A DNA stretch of 64,000 nt from Candidatus Heimdallarchaeota archaeon (GCA_019058275.1 JAHLVW010000062.1:201809-265808), one strand, 5' to 3'. Counted from the stretch's first letter, positions 9,005 through 20,776 are shown. The notes: a model not told the origin generated them from the letters alone. A program made the numbers and translations.

Positions 9005-11403
9005 TTGGGATTTTTGATCACTTATGGAACTGACACAATGTCTTCGTGCTTAAGCGCTATTAGATATATGCTGAAGAACTTACCATCTAATGTAGCAATC
9101 ACCGGATCACAAGTACCATTAAGCTTTCAATTTTCTTCCTCTGATGTTTATCCAAATGTCGAGAATTCAATCAAATTGCTTACACAACTAACTGGACCAG
9201 AGGTTTTTGTTGTTTTCAATTATGGTCAAGCAGCATTTCAAGATGCATTATGGAAAATTGATAAGTGGTCTCCAGATGCTTTTACCGGGGAAGAATTAGC
9301 AAAAATTTCTTTGGATGAGATTATAATCAAGGGAAGAGCTTACCCACTTAATCTTACTAGAAAATTGGACAAGTTGTTTCACATACGAACTGAGGTACTA
9401 TTGACTCTATTCAAACTGATGATGGTTTGTTAATACCAACTGGCAATCTTGTTTCCAATTTCATATCTCAGAGATTCAAAGAATCTTATGAGGAATTCAT
9501 ATCTATTTCACTAATGTCTGTAGATTCCTGGAAAATTATTAGTAAGAGAATTGCTGATGAATGTCAAAAAGCAGGTTATACTACCTTCTGTGATGATAAT
9601 TTCAATTCAAACATCCAAATTATATCTACTTCACCTTTGATGACAGAACAAGATTATATGGATGCTTTTGATAAAGCGGATGGAATCATTTTGAATGCTT
9701 TTGGAAGTGGGACAATCAACACTAAAATTGACTCTGGTTTTTTTCCTTTGCCAGCAATAGAAAAGGCAATTGCAAAAGGAAAAGTAATAGTAATTGCTTC
9801 TCATACACCATTTGGGACACAAGATTTCATTTATCAAAACGCTTGGGAGCCTATAAGAAAAAGAGCTATTCCTGCTGGAGATTTCAGTATATCCCATTGT
9901 CAGATAAAATTAGCTTATATTCTTGGGCATATGAAGGAACTAACTAAAATTGCAAAGAAAAACAAAATTCCTTTTGATGTACTCATCAAAATCGCATTTC
10001 TAACAGGTATTGACTTTAGATCAAATGCTAGTAGAAAGAAGTTCGAGAAACTAATTGGATACCAAATACCCTTAAGAGATCCTTTCTTTAATTTGCCATT
10101 TGAATTAGGATTACAAAAAATTATTCGTTTCTTGAATAAAAAAGAAACACAACAAATCAAAATTAATACTTAATCATTTGTAGATGCATTTGAGAAGTAC
10201 TTCAAACAACCTAATAAGAGAAATAAATGGGCTATGATATTTAAACCAGATACTGTAATTGGTAGTAACCAATGGGGGGAATTAATTGATGAAGCAAAGA
10301 ATTTAGCAACCATCACTAGTGAACTTCTTGATTGGAATGTTGTGATTCTAGAGTTATCTGAAATAAACTATCAAGATTTACTTGAGAAAGTGGGTTTATT
10401 ATGTACAAATGAAACGTTTGGTGAATTCCTATGACCATTTAGATATGTCATTATTGAAGGGGAAAGACAATCCCTATACGATGCGCAAAGCTATGATCAA
10501 ATCTCAAATGGTTTATTCAGTAGAGAAGATTATTTGCATTTATTACGAAGTATTATGTTAGCTCGAAATAAACCTGGTTCAAATCCTGCATTATTTTTAT
10601 GTCTTGGACATCAAGGTTATGCAGAGATGCTAAGGGAATATTTAGTTAATTTAATCAAAAATGCAAAACAAACATCTGAAATCATTACTAAATATGATGA
10701 AAAAGCAGCACAACATTTCAAAAAATTGATTAGTGAGATATCAAATGTTGGTGAGAATATTGTTGTTAGAAGAAGAAATGATGAAATTGTTGCGAGCAAT
10801 TTTACAGATCAATATTTTGCTGTAAAACAAAATGAGATGCCAGAAGTTGGTTTAAAGAGACTAATTATCTACAAACCACCTAAAGATAAGGTTCCTGATG
10901 AACTAATTAAAGTCTATAATAAGATTTCAAAATTACATGTAGGATTACTCGAGGATTTCTATTTGCTAGAATCACTTGACATTGTAATGCTACATGGTGA
11001 TGAAGTCAATGAAGAAGCTATTCTATTCATAAATTGGGCACTTAGCTTAATATCAAAGTTCTCAAGATCACATTTCAAGATTCTACAAGAAGACCCACAA
11101 TTGCGTAAAATATCTAACCTACCTATTGGATTAGAAATACCAAGCTCAACACTTTATGGTTTTGATGAGAAGGATAAGACGCTAACAGAAATTGCTGGAT
11201 TGGTTGTTTACTATTATGATCCACAAACAGGAATTGTAAAACGAGATTACACTTTGCAATACCATCCTGAACTAATGGAAGAAATCAGGATATTACAGAA
11301 AAAAGATTTCGAGAGCAAAACGCTCCTCGATTTGCCAGATGGTATACAATTATTGCTATCATGTCTACAAGCAGGATTTATTGAAACATCAAAGAAGTTT
11401 TAA
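9005..11403 (+). pseudogene. Asparaginase-like protein fused to a class I glutamine amidotransferase-like domain, disrupted
   Basis: (H>Y)GTDT, TGSQ, frameshifted TGGTIDS near 9391, GIILNAFGSG; then LCLGHQ, HGDEV, QYHPE; ORFs at 9427, 10234 and 10534 share a frame across TAA 10171 and TGA 10432. Confidence 0.72.
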
Positions 11404-11409
11404 TGAAAT

Positions 11410-12090
11410 CTATTTCTCTTCTTCTCCAGCTTTTTGTGCAACGATCCAAACGTAACCACGTAAATCATCTGGTCGTCGTAGTCTCTCGTCCCGTCCTACA
11501 CTCAAAAGTGTCCAACCCTTAAAGACTTCTCTTAACTCTTCTTCGTAAATGAATTTCATTGGTGGATCTGTTTTGAAGTGTGGGGGAATATTTCCAGAAT
11601 ATGCAACCATGCCACCAGGTTTAATGGCCGCAGCAATTTCCTTAAGTCTAGGAATTGCTCTATCAAATAGATATTGTAATACTTGAACAGCAACAATAAT
11701 ATCGTAACTTTCTGGTTCTAACGTCCAATCATCAATATTTTTCTGTTTAGCTATAACTTGTTTCTCTAATCCTAGTACTTTTGCTCTTCTGCTAGTCACT
11801 TCAATAGCACTTTCCAGAGCATCTATTGCATGAACCTTACAACCAAGTTTTGCAAGAAAACAAGCATATCGGCCATCCCCACAACCAAGATCTAAAGCTT
11901 TTAAACATTCACCTTTTCCATAAATCTTCATACCTATAACCTGAACTGGTTGAGTGATAAAAGTTAGATTCTTATACTGTTCGTCTGAACCTTCTAATAA
12001 CTTCTTGTGATAATTGTCCCAACCATTCATCCATTTATCTGGAGCTTGAACTTTTAAGTGCTCTTTCTTTGAATTCATTTTGGCAACCAA
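11410..12090 (-). CDS. Class I SAM-dependent methyltransferase (TehB-like)
   Basis: ALDLGCGDGR, YDIIVA, KPGG. Confidence 0.85.
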   Translation of the reverse strand: MVAKMNSKKEHLKVQAPDKWMNGWDNYHKKLLEGSDEQYKNLTFITQPVQVIGMKIYGKGECLKALDLGCGDGRYACFLAKLGCKVHAIDALESAIEVTSRRAKVLGLEKQVIAKQKNIDDWTLEPESYDIIVAVQVLQYLFDRAIPRLKEIAAAIKPGGMVAYSGNIPPHFKTDPPMKFIYEEELREVFKGWTLLSVGRDERLRRPDDLRGYVWIVAQKAGEEEK

Positions 12091-12211
12091 AAATCAATTG
12101 ATTTACATCTTTTTTAAACAAATCAAAGCTCTTGGAAAATCCCTTAAATATCCAGTTTGTAACATAAATGAGAAAGAATTATTAGATTTTAATAATCATA
12201 AATAGTCTGGT

Positions 12212-13960
12212 ATGGAAAGTGGTTGTAGTTTGTTAAAGAAAGTATCATTATACAAAATCCTTATTATTTTTGGCTTACTCTTGTGCATTTTACCAATTGG
12301 TATGCAGATTCAAGTAGACTATAGATTAAGAGATAATGAAGCAGTAATTTTCATAGATGCATTAGGTAACAAAATATACAACACCTACTATCCAGGTGAT
12401 AGGGATGTTGGGATAATGCTTTTCCATGGTATGGGAGAAGATCAAACATCACTTGATATGTTTGTTTCAAAATTTCAAAAAATAGGTTATCATGTATTTG
12501 GAACTGATTTCTCAGGGCATGGGAGATCTTCGGGGATAATTCCATCAGGGGAGAATTCGGGTGAAATCTTAGCTCATCAGGTAAGCTGGGCTAAAGATGC
12601 ATTTAAACAAAAATCTGGTTTGGAAGATTCTGAGATTTTTATGCTAGGTCACAGTATGGGTGCAAGAGGTGTTATGAAATCAATTTTATCTGATCCTAAC
12701 CCAGTAAATGGTTGCATTCTTCTTGGTGCATCAATTCATGTTGATGAAGATAATAATACTGAAAATTGGGCAAACAGTTTAGGTCCAACAAATCCTTCAA
12801 TTAATGTTTTAATTGTTACTGGAACTTGGGAAGATGTTTTCCCACCTAAAGAAGCGTTTGATCTTTACAAGAAATTAGCAAATCTTACTACTCCAGCTGA
12901 ACCAAAATCAGATTTTACAATAACTTCTGAAGGTTATAATAAGGAAATTGTTATTCTAAAAGGTATAACGCATACTCATGAATCTATGAGTATGAGAGTA
13001 GTAAATAGTATTGCTCATTGGACTGAGGATATGTCAATAAGAAATAATGATCATATGCAAGAAATTCTTATGCCAGATCATAGATTTCATTTTCAAGATA
13101 CTCGAGCATTACTTTCAATATTAGAGGTAATTGGGATATTTCTTATGCTAATCTTTGGTACAAAACTTGTTTCAATTCAAATGGATAAGAATAAGCTTGA
13201 ACAACCCACAGCTAAAACAGAGTATAACATTATAAATCAAAAGGAACTTGAAGGAATCAGCATAACAAATACTCGGAATTTCTTTTTATATAAATTCCTG
13301 ATCTGGTTGGGAGGATTGGGTATTGCTGCTCTAATTGGTTTAATATTCATAGCTCTTCCTCTCGAATCCCCTTACTTCACTTTACTTTTCGTTTGTCCAA
13401 TAGCAGGTTATGGTATCATGCTAATGATATTATATCTAATAGGCAGAAATCCTGGAACAGAAGGAAAGTGGCGTCCTAGTTTTAGAACAGTAACTAAAGA
13501 TGTGAATCAATGGAATATTCTTTTCGGATTCTTAGTTAGTCTGGTAATTATAACTGTTTTTTCATATTTCATTAGCTCATTTATGTATCATGTTTTTCCA
13601 TTAAACATTAGGTTGTTCTGGTTAGTTATCTACACATTGTTTGCCACATTTGGTTTTTATTTCCTCCAGTACGAACAAGAACAGCTAAGAAAAGAATTCC
13701 CCGGTCAAAAGAAGTTTACAATTTATAACAATTTATTATTTTTAGCTCCTTTTGTCATTGGAAGTCTTTACATTCTAATCACTGGATCAATTATCTACTT
13801 CGTTGATGCAATGCATGATTTAATCATTTTAGCACTGGTTATCTTTGTAGGTAATTTGCTGCAAAAAATATGGAAAAAACCAATTTTTACTGCTTACATT
13901 CAAGCATTTCTATTAATGTTCCTTCTACTACCAAGAGGACAACTTACTTGGTTCTTTTAG
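12212..13960 (+). CDS. Alpha/beta hydrolase with multi-TM C-terminal domain
   Basis: HG, DFSGHGRS, GHSMG nucleophile elbow; several C-terminal TM helices. Confidence 0.85.
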   Translation: MESGCSLLKKVSLYKILIIFGLLLCILPIGMQIQVDYRLRDNEAVIFIDALGNKIYNTYYPGDRDVGIMLFHGMGEDQTSLDMFVSKFQKIGYHVFGTDFSGHGRSSGIIPSGENSGEILAHQVSWAKDAFKQKSGLEDSEIFMLGHSMGARGVMKSILSDPNPVNGCILLGASIHVDEDNNTENWANSLGPTNPSINVLIVTGTWEDVFPPKEAFDLYKKLANLTTPAEPKSDFTITSEGYNKEIVILKGITHTHESMSMRVVNSIAHWTEDMSIRNNDHMQEILMPDHRFHFQDTRALLSILEVIGIFLMLIFGTKLVSIQMDKNKLEQPTAKTEYNIINQKELEGISITNTRNFFLYKFLIWLGGLGIAALIGLIFIALPLESPYFTLLFVCPIAGYGIMLMILYLIGRNPGTEGKWRPSFRTVTKDVNQWNILFGFLVSLVIITVFSYFISSFMYHVFPLNIRLFWLVIYTLFATFGFYFLQYEQEQLRKEFPGQKKFTIYNNLLFLAPFVIGSLYILITGSIIYFVDAMHDLIILALVIFVGNLLQKIWKKPIFTAYIQAFLLMFLLLPRGQLTWFF

Positions 13961-13984
13961 AAAAAAAATGTGGTTAGCAATAAA

Positions 13985-14836
13985 TTACAATATTGCTAAT
14001 CCTTGTTTTTTAGCTTTTTTCTCAACAGCAACTAATAATAATCTAGCTATGATTAGATACAAAACAGTGCAAACACCTAATATAACAAATTCTTGCCAAA
14101 TTGGGAGCAGTGTAATATATTTATCGCCAAAAATAAAATGACGCATCAAATCGAAATTATATGTGAATGGAAAGGCTAGTGTTATGTATTTCATAGCAGT
14201 TCCAAATCTTTGATTAAGAACAATAAAACCTTGAACAGGTAAAAATGCTCCAAATAGAAATTGAATTAATTGATGTGTCATTGAAACAAATAGTCTAGCT
14301 TGTCTGTAGAGAATAGCTAACATACCAAAATATATTCCAACAGCAATATTGGAAATCATAGCAATAAGTGCTATAAGTAATGTAAAACCAATTACTGCAA
14401 AATTTGTTAGTACTCCCGCTAACCATAAAGTTAGTACATAGAGTGGTATAAAGAATACTAAGCTAATAAGAGCTCTAGCAATAGAGGTAGATAACAAGTA
14501 TCCTAACCTTGTAGAAGGTGTAACAAACACTGCCTCTAATGTTCCATAATGAATATCTTCTTCTATTCTATTGAGTGGAGCCCAAGTTGCTATGCTCGAA
14601 AACATTTGTATAATAGCTCCTGTCATCATGAAGATGAAAAGATCATTTTCAGAAAGACCAATTAATGCCAATACTTCTGGACTGAAGTAGTATGCTCCTC
14701 CAATTATGGCAAAACCGAGGGTTAATGAAATAATTTCCAAAAACATGCCCATGAAAAATGCTCTATATCTAACATAGGTTTTTAGATCTCGCCAAACACC
14801 TTAGAAGATTACTCTTGAATTATGTTGTATACTCAT
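13985..14836 (-). pseudogene. ABC-2 type permease with an early in-frame TAA (14801-14803)
   Basis: MSIQHNSRVIF*GVWRDL aligns with the paralogue's RVVGKGIWRDL; EDIHYGTLE motif. Confidence 0.75.
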
Positions 14837-14848
14837 TTCATTATCCTC

Positions 14849-15721
14849 TTAAAGAATTGCTAATCCTGTATCTTTCGCTTTCTTTTCAACTCGTTTAAGT
14901 AGAAAATATGCAAATACTACAAAAAGCAATGATGATACTACTAGCAGAACAAATTCTAACCATACTGGGAAAAGAGTAGTATATTCTGAACCAAACATAA
15001 AGTATCTGAATAAATCATAACAGTATGTATAAGGAAACATTTGAACAATGTACTTTAGTATTGTTCCTCCGATTTTATTCATTCCAATGAATGCTTGAAC
15101 TGGAACAAATGCTCCACAAATGAATTGGAATATGTTGGCCAAGAATATCGCAATTGGTTGTATTCTTCTTATTAAAATTGCTAGCATAGCAAAAAAGAGT
15201 CCAAATGCAATCATACTTATTATAGTTAGAAGAACTGTTAACAATGTAGTACCAATTACATAACCATTTGTTAATGCTCCATGAACTCCTAGAATTATTA
15301 CATAAGCTGGAACAAAGAAAAGTAAATTTAAAATTGAATCCGAGAGTATTGGTGAGAGTAAATAAGCTATTCTACTAGTTGGTGAGACAAAAACAGCTTC
15401 TAATGTCCCATAATGTATATCTTGTTGTACTCTTCCTAAAGGTGCCCATAAAGCTGTGTCACTAAATGTACTTAGAGCAATACCTCCTGCAAAAAACACA
15501 AAAACTTGAGTGCTTAAAATTCCAGTTTCAGATGTTGTTATTGGATTGAAGGTGAGTATTACTCCAAAAATATATGCTGCTCCTAATCCTACCATCATAT
15601 TCATTAGCCAACCTATGAGCCTTAGCTTGTATCTTCGAATGTTTACTAAATCTCGCCATATTCCTTTTCCAACCACTCTTAGAGAACCGTTGAAAACATG
15701 TTTAACATATTGAACTGACAA
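14849..15721 (-). CDS. ABC-2 type exporter permease
   Basis: Multiple TM segments, DIHYGTLEAVFVSP, GAFVP, PYTY. Confidence 0.88.
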   Translation of the reverse strand: MSVQYVKHVFNGSLRVVGKGIWRDLVNIRRYKLRLIGWLMNMMVGLGAAYIFGVILTFNPITTSETGILSTQVFVFFAGGIALSTFSDTALWAPLGRVQQDIHYGTLEAVFVSPTSRIAYLLSPILSDSILNLLFFVPAYVIILGVHGALTNGYVIGTTLLTVLLTIISMIAFGLFFAMLAILIRRIQPIAIFLANIFQFICGAFVPVQAFIGMNKIGGTILKYIVQMFPYTYCYDLFRYFMFGSEYTTLFPVWLEFVLLVVSSLLFVVFAYFLLKRVEKKAKDTGLAIL

Positions 15722-15723
15722 AA

Positions 15724-16701
15724 CTAAGCCTCCAAATCAACCTTTTTATCACAGTATTTTAGAAAAACGTCTTCTAAAGTAGCTGTTCTATAGGAAATAA
15801 CCGGATTAATGTTATACTTCCTACAAATTTCCATAACAGATTCAAAAGCTTGAGAACTATCACTTACTGGCATTCGTAAGTAACCGTTTTCTTGTTTCAC
15901 TTCCTTTACTGTATCAAGTGTAGCTATTTCTTGTAAAAATTCTGGAGTAGCTGTTTCAGTGGATCTTAAACGTAATTCCAATAGTTGGATATTAATATCA
16001 TCCATTAGATTTTGTGGAGTATCTACAGCAACAACTTTTCCTTCATAAATGATGGCTACACGATCACACAATTCCTCTATTTCAGACATGATCTGAGAAG
16101 TTATTATAATTGTTTTTCCTTTTTTCTTTGCATAATCTTTCACAAAACTTCGAATCTTCTTGGCTGCAATTGGGTCTAAACCTTTACTGATTTCATCAGC
16201 AAAAACCAAATCAGGATTGTGTAAAAATCCCCTCATGACAACAATTGCTTGCTTTTGACCTCCAGAAAGTCTCATAACTTCTTTGTCGAAAATCTCATGA
16301 TTATCGTAAGTTTTTTTGAATTCCTCAAGTTGTTCAGCAAAATCATCTTTGCTCATATTATAAAGAGCAGCAAAGAATTCTAAGTTTTCTTTACCCGTTA
16401 ATCGTGCATATGTTGATCTTTCAGAATCTTGACCTATGTATCCAATTCTTTTACGAATTTCTTTTTCTTCTTTTACGACATCTAATCCGAGAACTTTGAC
16501 TTCTCCATCAGTTTTTCCTAAGAGAGTTGAACATATTTTAATGAAAGTGGTTTTTCCAGCACCGTTTGGTCCTAGAATGCCGAAAATCTCTCCTTCCTTT
16601 ACCTGTAAATCTAATCCCTTTAATGCTTCTGTTTCTTTCTTTCTGCTTTTATATGTCTTCTTTACACCTTTCGCTTCTAAAGCATACACTTCTATCACCA
16701 T
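15724..16701 (-). CDS. ABC exporter ATP-binding subunit (DrrA-like)
   Basis: GPNGAGKT, LSGGQ, DE..GLD; H-loop reads SQ instead of SH. Confidence 0.92.
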   Translation of the reverse strand: MVIEVYALEAKGVKKTYKSRKKETEALKGLDLQVKEGEIFGILGPNGAGKTTFIKICSTLLGKTDGEVKVLGLDVVKEEKEIRKRIGYIGQDSERSTYARLTGKENLEFFAALYNMSKDDFAEQLEEFKKTYDNHEIFDKEVMRLSGGQKQAIVVMRGFLHNPDLVFADEISKGLDPIAAKKIRSFVKDYAKKKGKTIIITSQIMSEIEELCDRVAIIYEGKVVAVDTPQNLMDDINIQLLELRLRSTETATPEFLQEIATLDTVKEVKQENGYLRMPVSDSSQAFESVMEICRKYNINPVISYRTATLEDVFLKYCDKKVDLEA

Positions 16702-16850
16702 TATTTGCTAACATAAAGTTGATATCTATGTATAAAAGAGGGATTCACAATTCGAAGACTCAAATTGAGACCACAATTAGTGAGGTCACGACTTGAGACT
16801 TTTAGTTATATTAATATAGGGGATTTTTTTCGAATCTTGAGAAAAATTGA

Positions 16851-17789
16851 TTAAAATTTCTTTTGCCAATAATAAACTTCTATTTTTTCTGTAAATCCAA
16901 GTGAATCATAGAGACGATTGGCTCCTTCTGTTGTGGCAGCTCCGGGTATACAAATTACTGAGGGATTATATTCTTTTAATCGAATCAAAGCTTCATTTAT
17001 TACTGCTTTTGCTAATCCAAGTCTTCTATACTTTGGATGTGTTCCTACAGGTTCTAGTTCAACAATTTTGCTTTTTGGATCTAACCTAACTGTACAAAAG
17101 GCTGCAAAATCACCATTAGGTGCAACTGCTATAATGTCTAATTTTTCATTATAGAAAGAAGCTGAAGTAAATATTTCAAATATTCTCTCAGTCATTTTGT
17201 TACAATGTGGAAAAACTGTGCTAATAACTTCTCGGTATTTAACAAAATCCTTTGTTATATTTACATTTCTAATATGAAACCCATTAGGAATATCGTAATT
17301 AGATACAGGTAATTCTAGTGGTCTATTTCGATTGTATTCATCAAATCCAAGATTTTTATAATCAAGTTTTGACAGTAAATTAATCCGTTTTGTATCTGTT
17401 CCTAAAACATAGAAATTTAATTCTGGTTCTTCTGATGCTCTTCTGGTTTTTTTCCTTTGCTCCTCTATCCAATGAATGATTTCTTCTTCATAAAATCTAT
17501 ATTTGGGATGTATTTGTAACCAGCAAACCTTCTGCTTTTCAATAGCTAAAACAGCAATAATCTTAGGTTGAGATGCTATTTTGTCAATTTCTTCCCAAAT
17601 TGTAACTTCTTTATCCTCTTCATCTTGATATTCAGTACCACATGAACATGCTTTCCGATTTTCAAATCTTGAAGGAACCCAAGTAAAATGTGAATCTTTT
17701 AGAGGATATGTTTTTCCAAGAAAATCGCGAACTAATTCAAAATCCTTATCCCAATTAAAAGAACGATTTTGTAAGGTCATATGAAACAC
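16851..17789 (-). CDS. GNAT family N-acetyltransferase
   Basis: EPVGTHPKYRRLGLAKA, ANRLYDSLGF. Confidence 0.88.
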   Translation of the reverse strand: MFHMTLQNRSFNWDKDFELVRDFLGKTYPLKDSHFTWVPSRFENRKACSCGTEYQDEEDKEVTIWEEIDKIASQPKIIAVLAIEKQKVCWLQIHPKYRFYEEEIIHWIEEQRKKTRRASEEPELNFYVLGTDTKRINLLSKLDYKNLGFDEYNRNRPLELPVSNYDIPNGFHIRNVNITKDFVKYREVISTVFPHCNKMTERIFEIFTSASFYNEKLDIIAVAPNGDFAAFCTVRLDPKSKIVELEPVGTHPKYRRLGLAKAVINEALIRLKEYNPSVICIPGAATTEGANRLYDSLGFTEKIEVYYWQKKF

Positions 17790-17877
17790 TACTTCTAACT
17801 CAGATGTGAAATTTAAAAAAATACTGCTAAATCTTTAGAAGTTTTTGAATAAACAAAAAAAAGAAAATTGAAGAGAT

Positions 17878-19611
17878 TTATTTCAGATACTCAAACAATT
17901 TTGTGAATTTCTGAATATATTTTATCCCTTTAATCTTGAGCTTTCCTGATAAAATTGCTTTTAGAGGTTTAGTTTTTCCTAATGCTAATCCGAAGAAACT
18001 AGGTTTGGTTGTAATTAAAACACCATCGCTTTCATTCTTTTCCTTCTGGATATTATCTTTAGTGTTAGCAATTGGGTGAAAAGTCACTTTTCCTTTGTTG
18101 ATAACAACTTTGATTGCATTTACATCATCTTTAGCAACTAAAAGAACAGAATAATTTTCATTAGAATATTTTTCTTCAAATGTTTTATTACTGTTTAGAG
18201 ATTTCATCATAGCATAAATAATTCCCGCAAAACCTTGGTATGGTTTGACATCTTCATAGATTGGAAGAACCATTTCCAATGATTTTTTGAATCGAACAAG
18301 TATTTCGTCAACAACTGCTTCATCCATAATTGTTGATAATATGAAGCCAGTTACTCCTCGAGAAATTACATATAATTCTTGAATTGCTAAAGCAATCTGA
18401 AGATATTCTGAAAATTCCAAGTAGGGTATAGTATTGAAGACTATGTGTTGCTTATTCATTGGAACTTCATCTGGGAATTGAATGTAAGTAATAGATTGAA
18501 TGCCATCCACATGACAAATTATGTCTAATTCCTTCATTATCTTCTTCAAACCATCCCGTAGCTTATTACCCAAAACATCTAATTTTTTGATTGCTGCTTC
18601 ATCATATAGCTCCAAAGCAGCTATTCCAGCAGTCATAGTCATAGCATTACCACTGAAAGTACCAGAATGCATAATGTAGTCTTTCTTCATTGGATTAAAT
18701 TGCTGCATAATTTCTCGTTTGCCACCAAAAGCACCAACAGGAAGTCCACCGCCAATAGTTTTTCCTAATGCAGTTAGGTCTGAATCAATTCCAATTAGCT
18801 TCTGTATTCCACCAGTTGATAAACGAAAAGTGATAACCTCATCTAAAATCAAAAGAATATTATATTTCTTTGTTAATTCACGTATACCCTTCAGATATTC
18901 AACAGTAAAAGTAGTACCACCACCATAGCCCATGACTGGTTCAACAATCATAGCAGCGATTTTCTTATGATGTTTTTTCATAACCTTTTCAGCTGCAGCT
19001 AAATCATTAAAAGGAACAACATAAACGTCTTTTAGGATAGCATCCGAAACTCCTTTTTCAACAAAAGCTTTAGGCATTTTTTCTGCTGTTAGATCAGGAT
19101 CCATATTTACCATTGCATAATCATGGGACCCATGATAACCACCTTCAGCTTTAATGATTCCTTTCTTTCCAGTATAAACTCTAGCAGCTCGAATAGAAAA
19201 CATAGTTGCTTCAGTTCCAGAATTACAAAAACGGATTTCTTCAATAGATGGAATACGTTCACAGAGAATTTTAGCAAGCTGATATTGATTTACCATTGGT
19301 GCAGCATGAGCTGTTCCTTGACTTGCTTGTCTTTGTAATGCTTCAACAATTTTCGGATGAGCATGCCCATGCAGTAAAACTGTCATGTTGTTTTGTACAT
19401 CAAGATATTTATTGCCATCAACATCCCAAAGATAATAGCCTTCACCTTTTGTTACAAAGAATGGATACGGTGGGAAATATGCGATATTTCTAGTTCCACC
19501 ACCTGGTAACCATTTTTGAGCTTTTTCAAAATGTTCTTTTGATTTTGGTGTTCTAGCTTCATATTGACTAATAATGTCTTGTTTCACTTTTTCTAAGTTC
19601 TTAGATGCCAT
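17878..19611 (-). CDS. Class III PLP aminotransferase (GSA aminomutase-like) fused to a C-terminal SCP2 domain
   Basis: NSGTEA, GGYHG, DEVITFR, GKTIGGGLP, SGTFSGN; C-terminus PLKAILSGKLKIKG. Confidence 0.85.
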   Translation of the reverse strand: MASKNLEKVKQDIISQYEARTPKSKEHFEKAQKWLPGGGTRNIAYFPPYPFFVTKGEGYYLWDVDGNKYLDVQNNMTVLLHGHAHPKIVEALQRQASQGTAHAAPMVNQYQLAKILCERIPSIEEIRFCNSGTEATMFSIRAARVYTGKKGIIKAEGGYHGSHDYAMVNMDPDLTAEKMPKAFVEKGVSDAILKDVYVVPFNDLAAAEKVMKKHHKKIAAMIVEPVMGYGGGTTFTVEYLKGIRELTKKYNILLILDEVITFRLSTGGIQKLIGIDSDLTALGKTIGGGLPVGAFGGKREIMQQFNPMKKDYIMHSGTFSGNAMTMTAGIAALELYDEAAIKKLDVLGNKLRDGLKKIMKELDIICHVDGIQSITYIQFPDEVPMNKQHIVFNTIPYLEFSEYLQIALAIQELYVISRGVTGFILSTIMDEAVVDEILVRFKKSLEMVLPIYEDVKPYQGFAGIIYAMMKSLNSNKTFEEKYSNENYSVLLVAKDDVNAIKVVINKGKVTFHPIANTKDNIQKEKNESDGVLITTKPSFFGLALGKTKPLKAILSGKLKIKGIKYIQKFTKLFEYLK

Positions 19612-19828
19612 ATATATTCAACTCAAATGTGATATTCAATCAAACATTTTACTAAATACTTTGTATATTAAAAACTTTCATATGAAAAAAATCTACTAAA
19701 ATTAGATATTTTGAATTGTTTGTAAATTTTAAACAAAAAAGTTTATTTTTTTTCGGAATTTAGGTTGTTGAATTTAATGAAATTTTACTATTAAAAAAAA
19801 AGAATAAATTAACACAAAGAGTGTTAAT

Positions 19829-20776
19829 TTAAGATGCTGAAATACTACCTGTAGTTGTATCAAGATCGAAAAGATATTTTATTGTTTTACTTGAATAACT
19901 GTTTGATTCGTAAAAGTTTTCTCCACCTGGAAGAGTTATACTACCTGTTGTTGTTTGAGCAGTTATTCTTATTCCAAAATCGTTCTCATCTAAAGTATAT
20001 AGAACATCAATTGATCCTGTAGTTGTTGATGCGTCATATGTTGTTGTATAATTATCTGCAGGGATAGCTACTTGGTCTACCGTTAGATCAATTGACCCAG
20101 TTGTAGTTGTTATGGTCCAGTAAATATCATCAGCGAATTTAACATCTTGTGATATTACATCAATGCTTCCAGTAGTAGTTACTAAGCTTATAGTTGAGGT
20201 ATTAAGAAATGTGTTATCACCAAAATCAGCAGATATTGATCCAGTTGTTATAGCAACACTAAGCATTCGAATTTCGCTTTCTGTTATAGAATCAAAATCT
20301 AAATCAATACTACCTGTTGTAGTTATTATATCGTATTCAGCAATAGCATCCGGATTAATCTTAACAAACAACTTTTGATAAAAAGCATCTTTATCAGTCC
20401 ATTTCCAGGTAAGATCACCTGAATCAAAAGAGATAATCACTTTTCCTTCAGTAATTGATGAAGTGAAATTTATAGCATCAGCTAATATGGCTTCTGATCT
20501 CCCCCACATTTCCATTCTCACTTCTACTAATGATGTTAATGTATCATCATTTTCAATGGAAATACTTCCAACAGTGTTTTCAATATTTACTGTGAGATTA
20601 AGATTGTCTGTTGTTGTATAAGTATAATTAGTCTCTCCAATTAAAGTGAAAGGCCCACCACGAAAAACAACTACTGCGACCACACCAGCAATTACCGCTA
20701 CAGCTATCACAATAATTATTATTAATCCAACAATTCCATTTCTGTCATTTTTTAGTTTTTTGAATTGTTTCTTCAA
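19829..20776 (-). CDS. Membrane-anchored beta-strand-repeat (DUF4097/adhesin-like) protein
   Basis: N-terminal TM; repeated TTTGSI motifs. Confidence 0.75.
   Translation of the reverse strand: MKKQFKKLKNDRNGIVGLIIIIVIAVAVIAGVVAVVVFRGGPFTLIGETNYTYTTTDNLNLTVNIENTVGSISIENDDTLTSLVEVRMEMWGRSEAILADAINFTSSITEGKVIISFDSGDLTWKWTDKDAFYQKLFVKINPDAIAEYDIITTTGSIDLDFDSITESEIRMLSVAITTGSISADFGDNTFLNTSTISLVTTTGSIDVISQDVKFADDIYWTITTTTGSIDLTVDQVAIPADNYTTTYDASTTTGSIDVLYTLDENDFGIRITAQTTTGSITLPGGENFYESNSYSSKTIKYLFDLDTTTGSISAS

Noticed and set aside
17878-19611. Assigning hemL
   Set aside because: The SCP2 fusion and lack of tetrapyrrole genes nearby make the substrate uncertain
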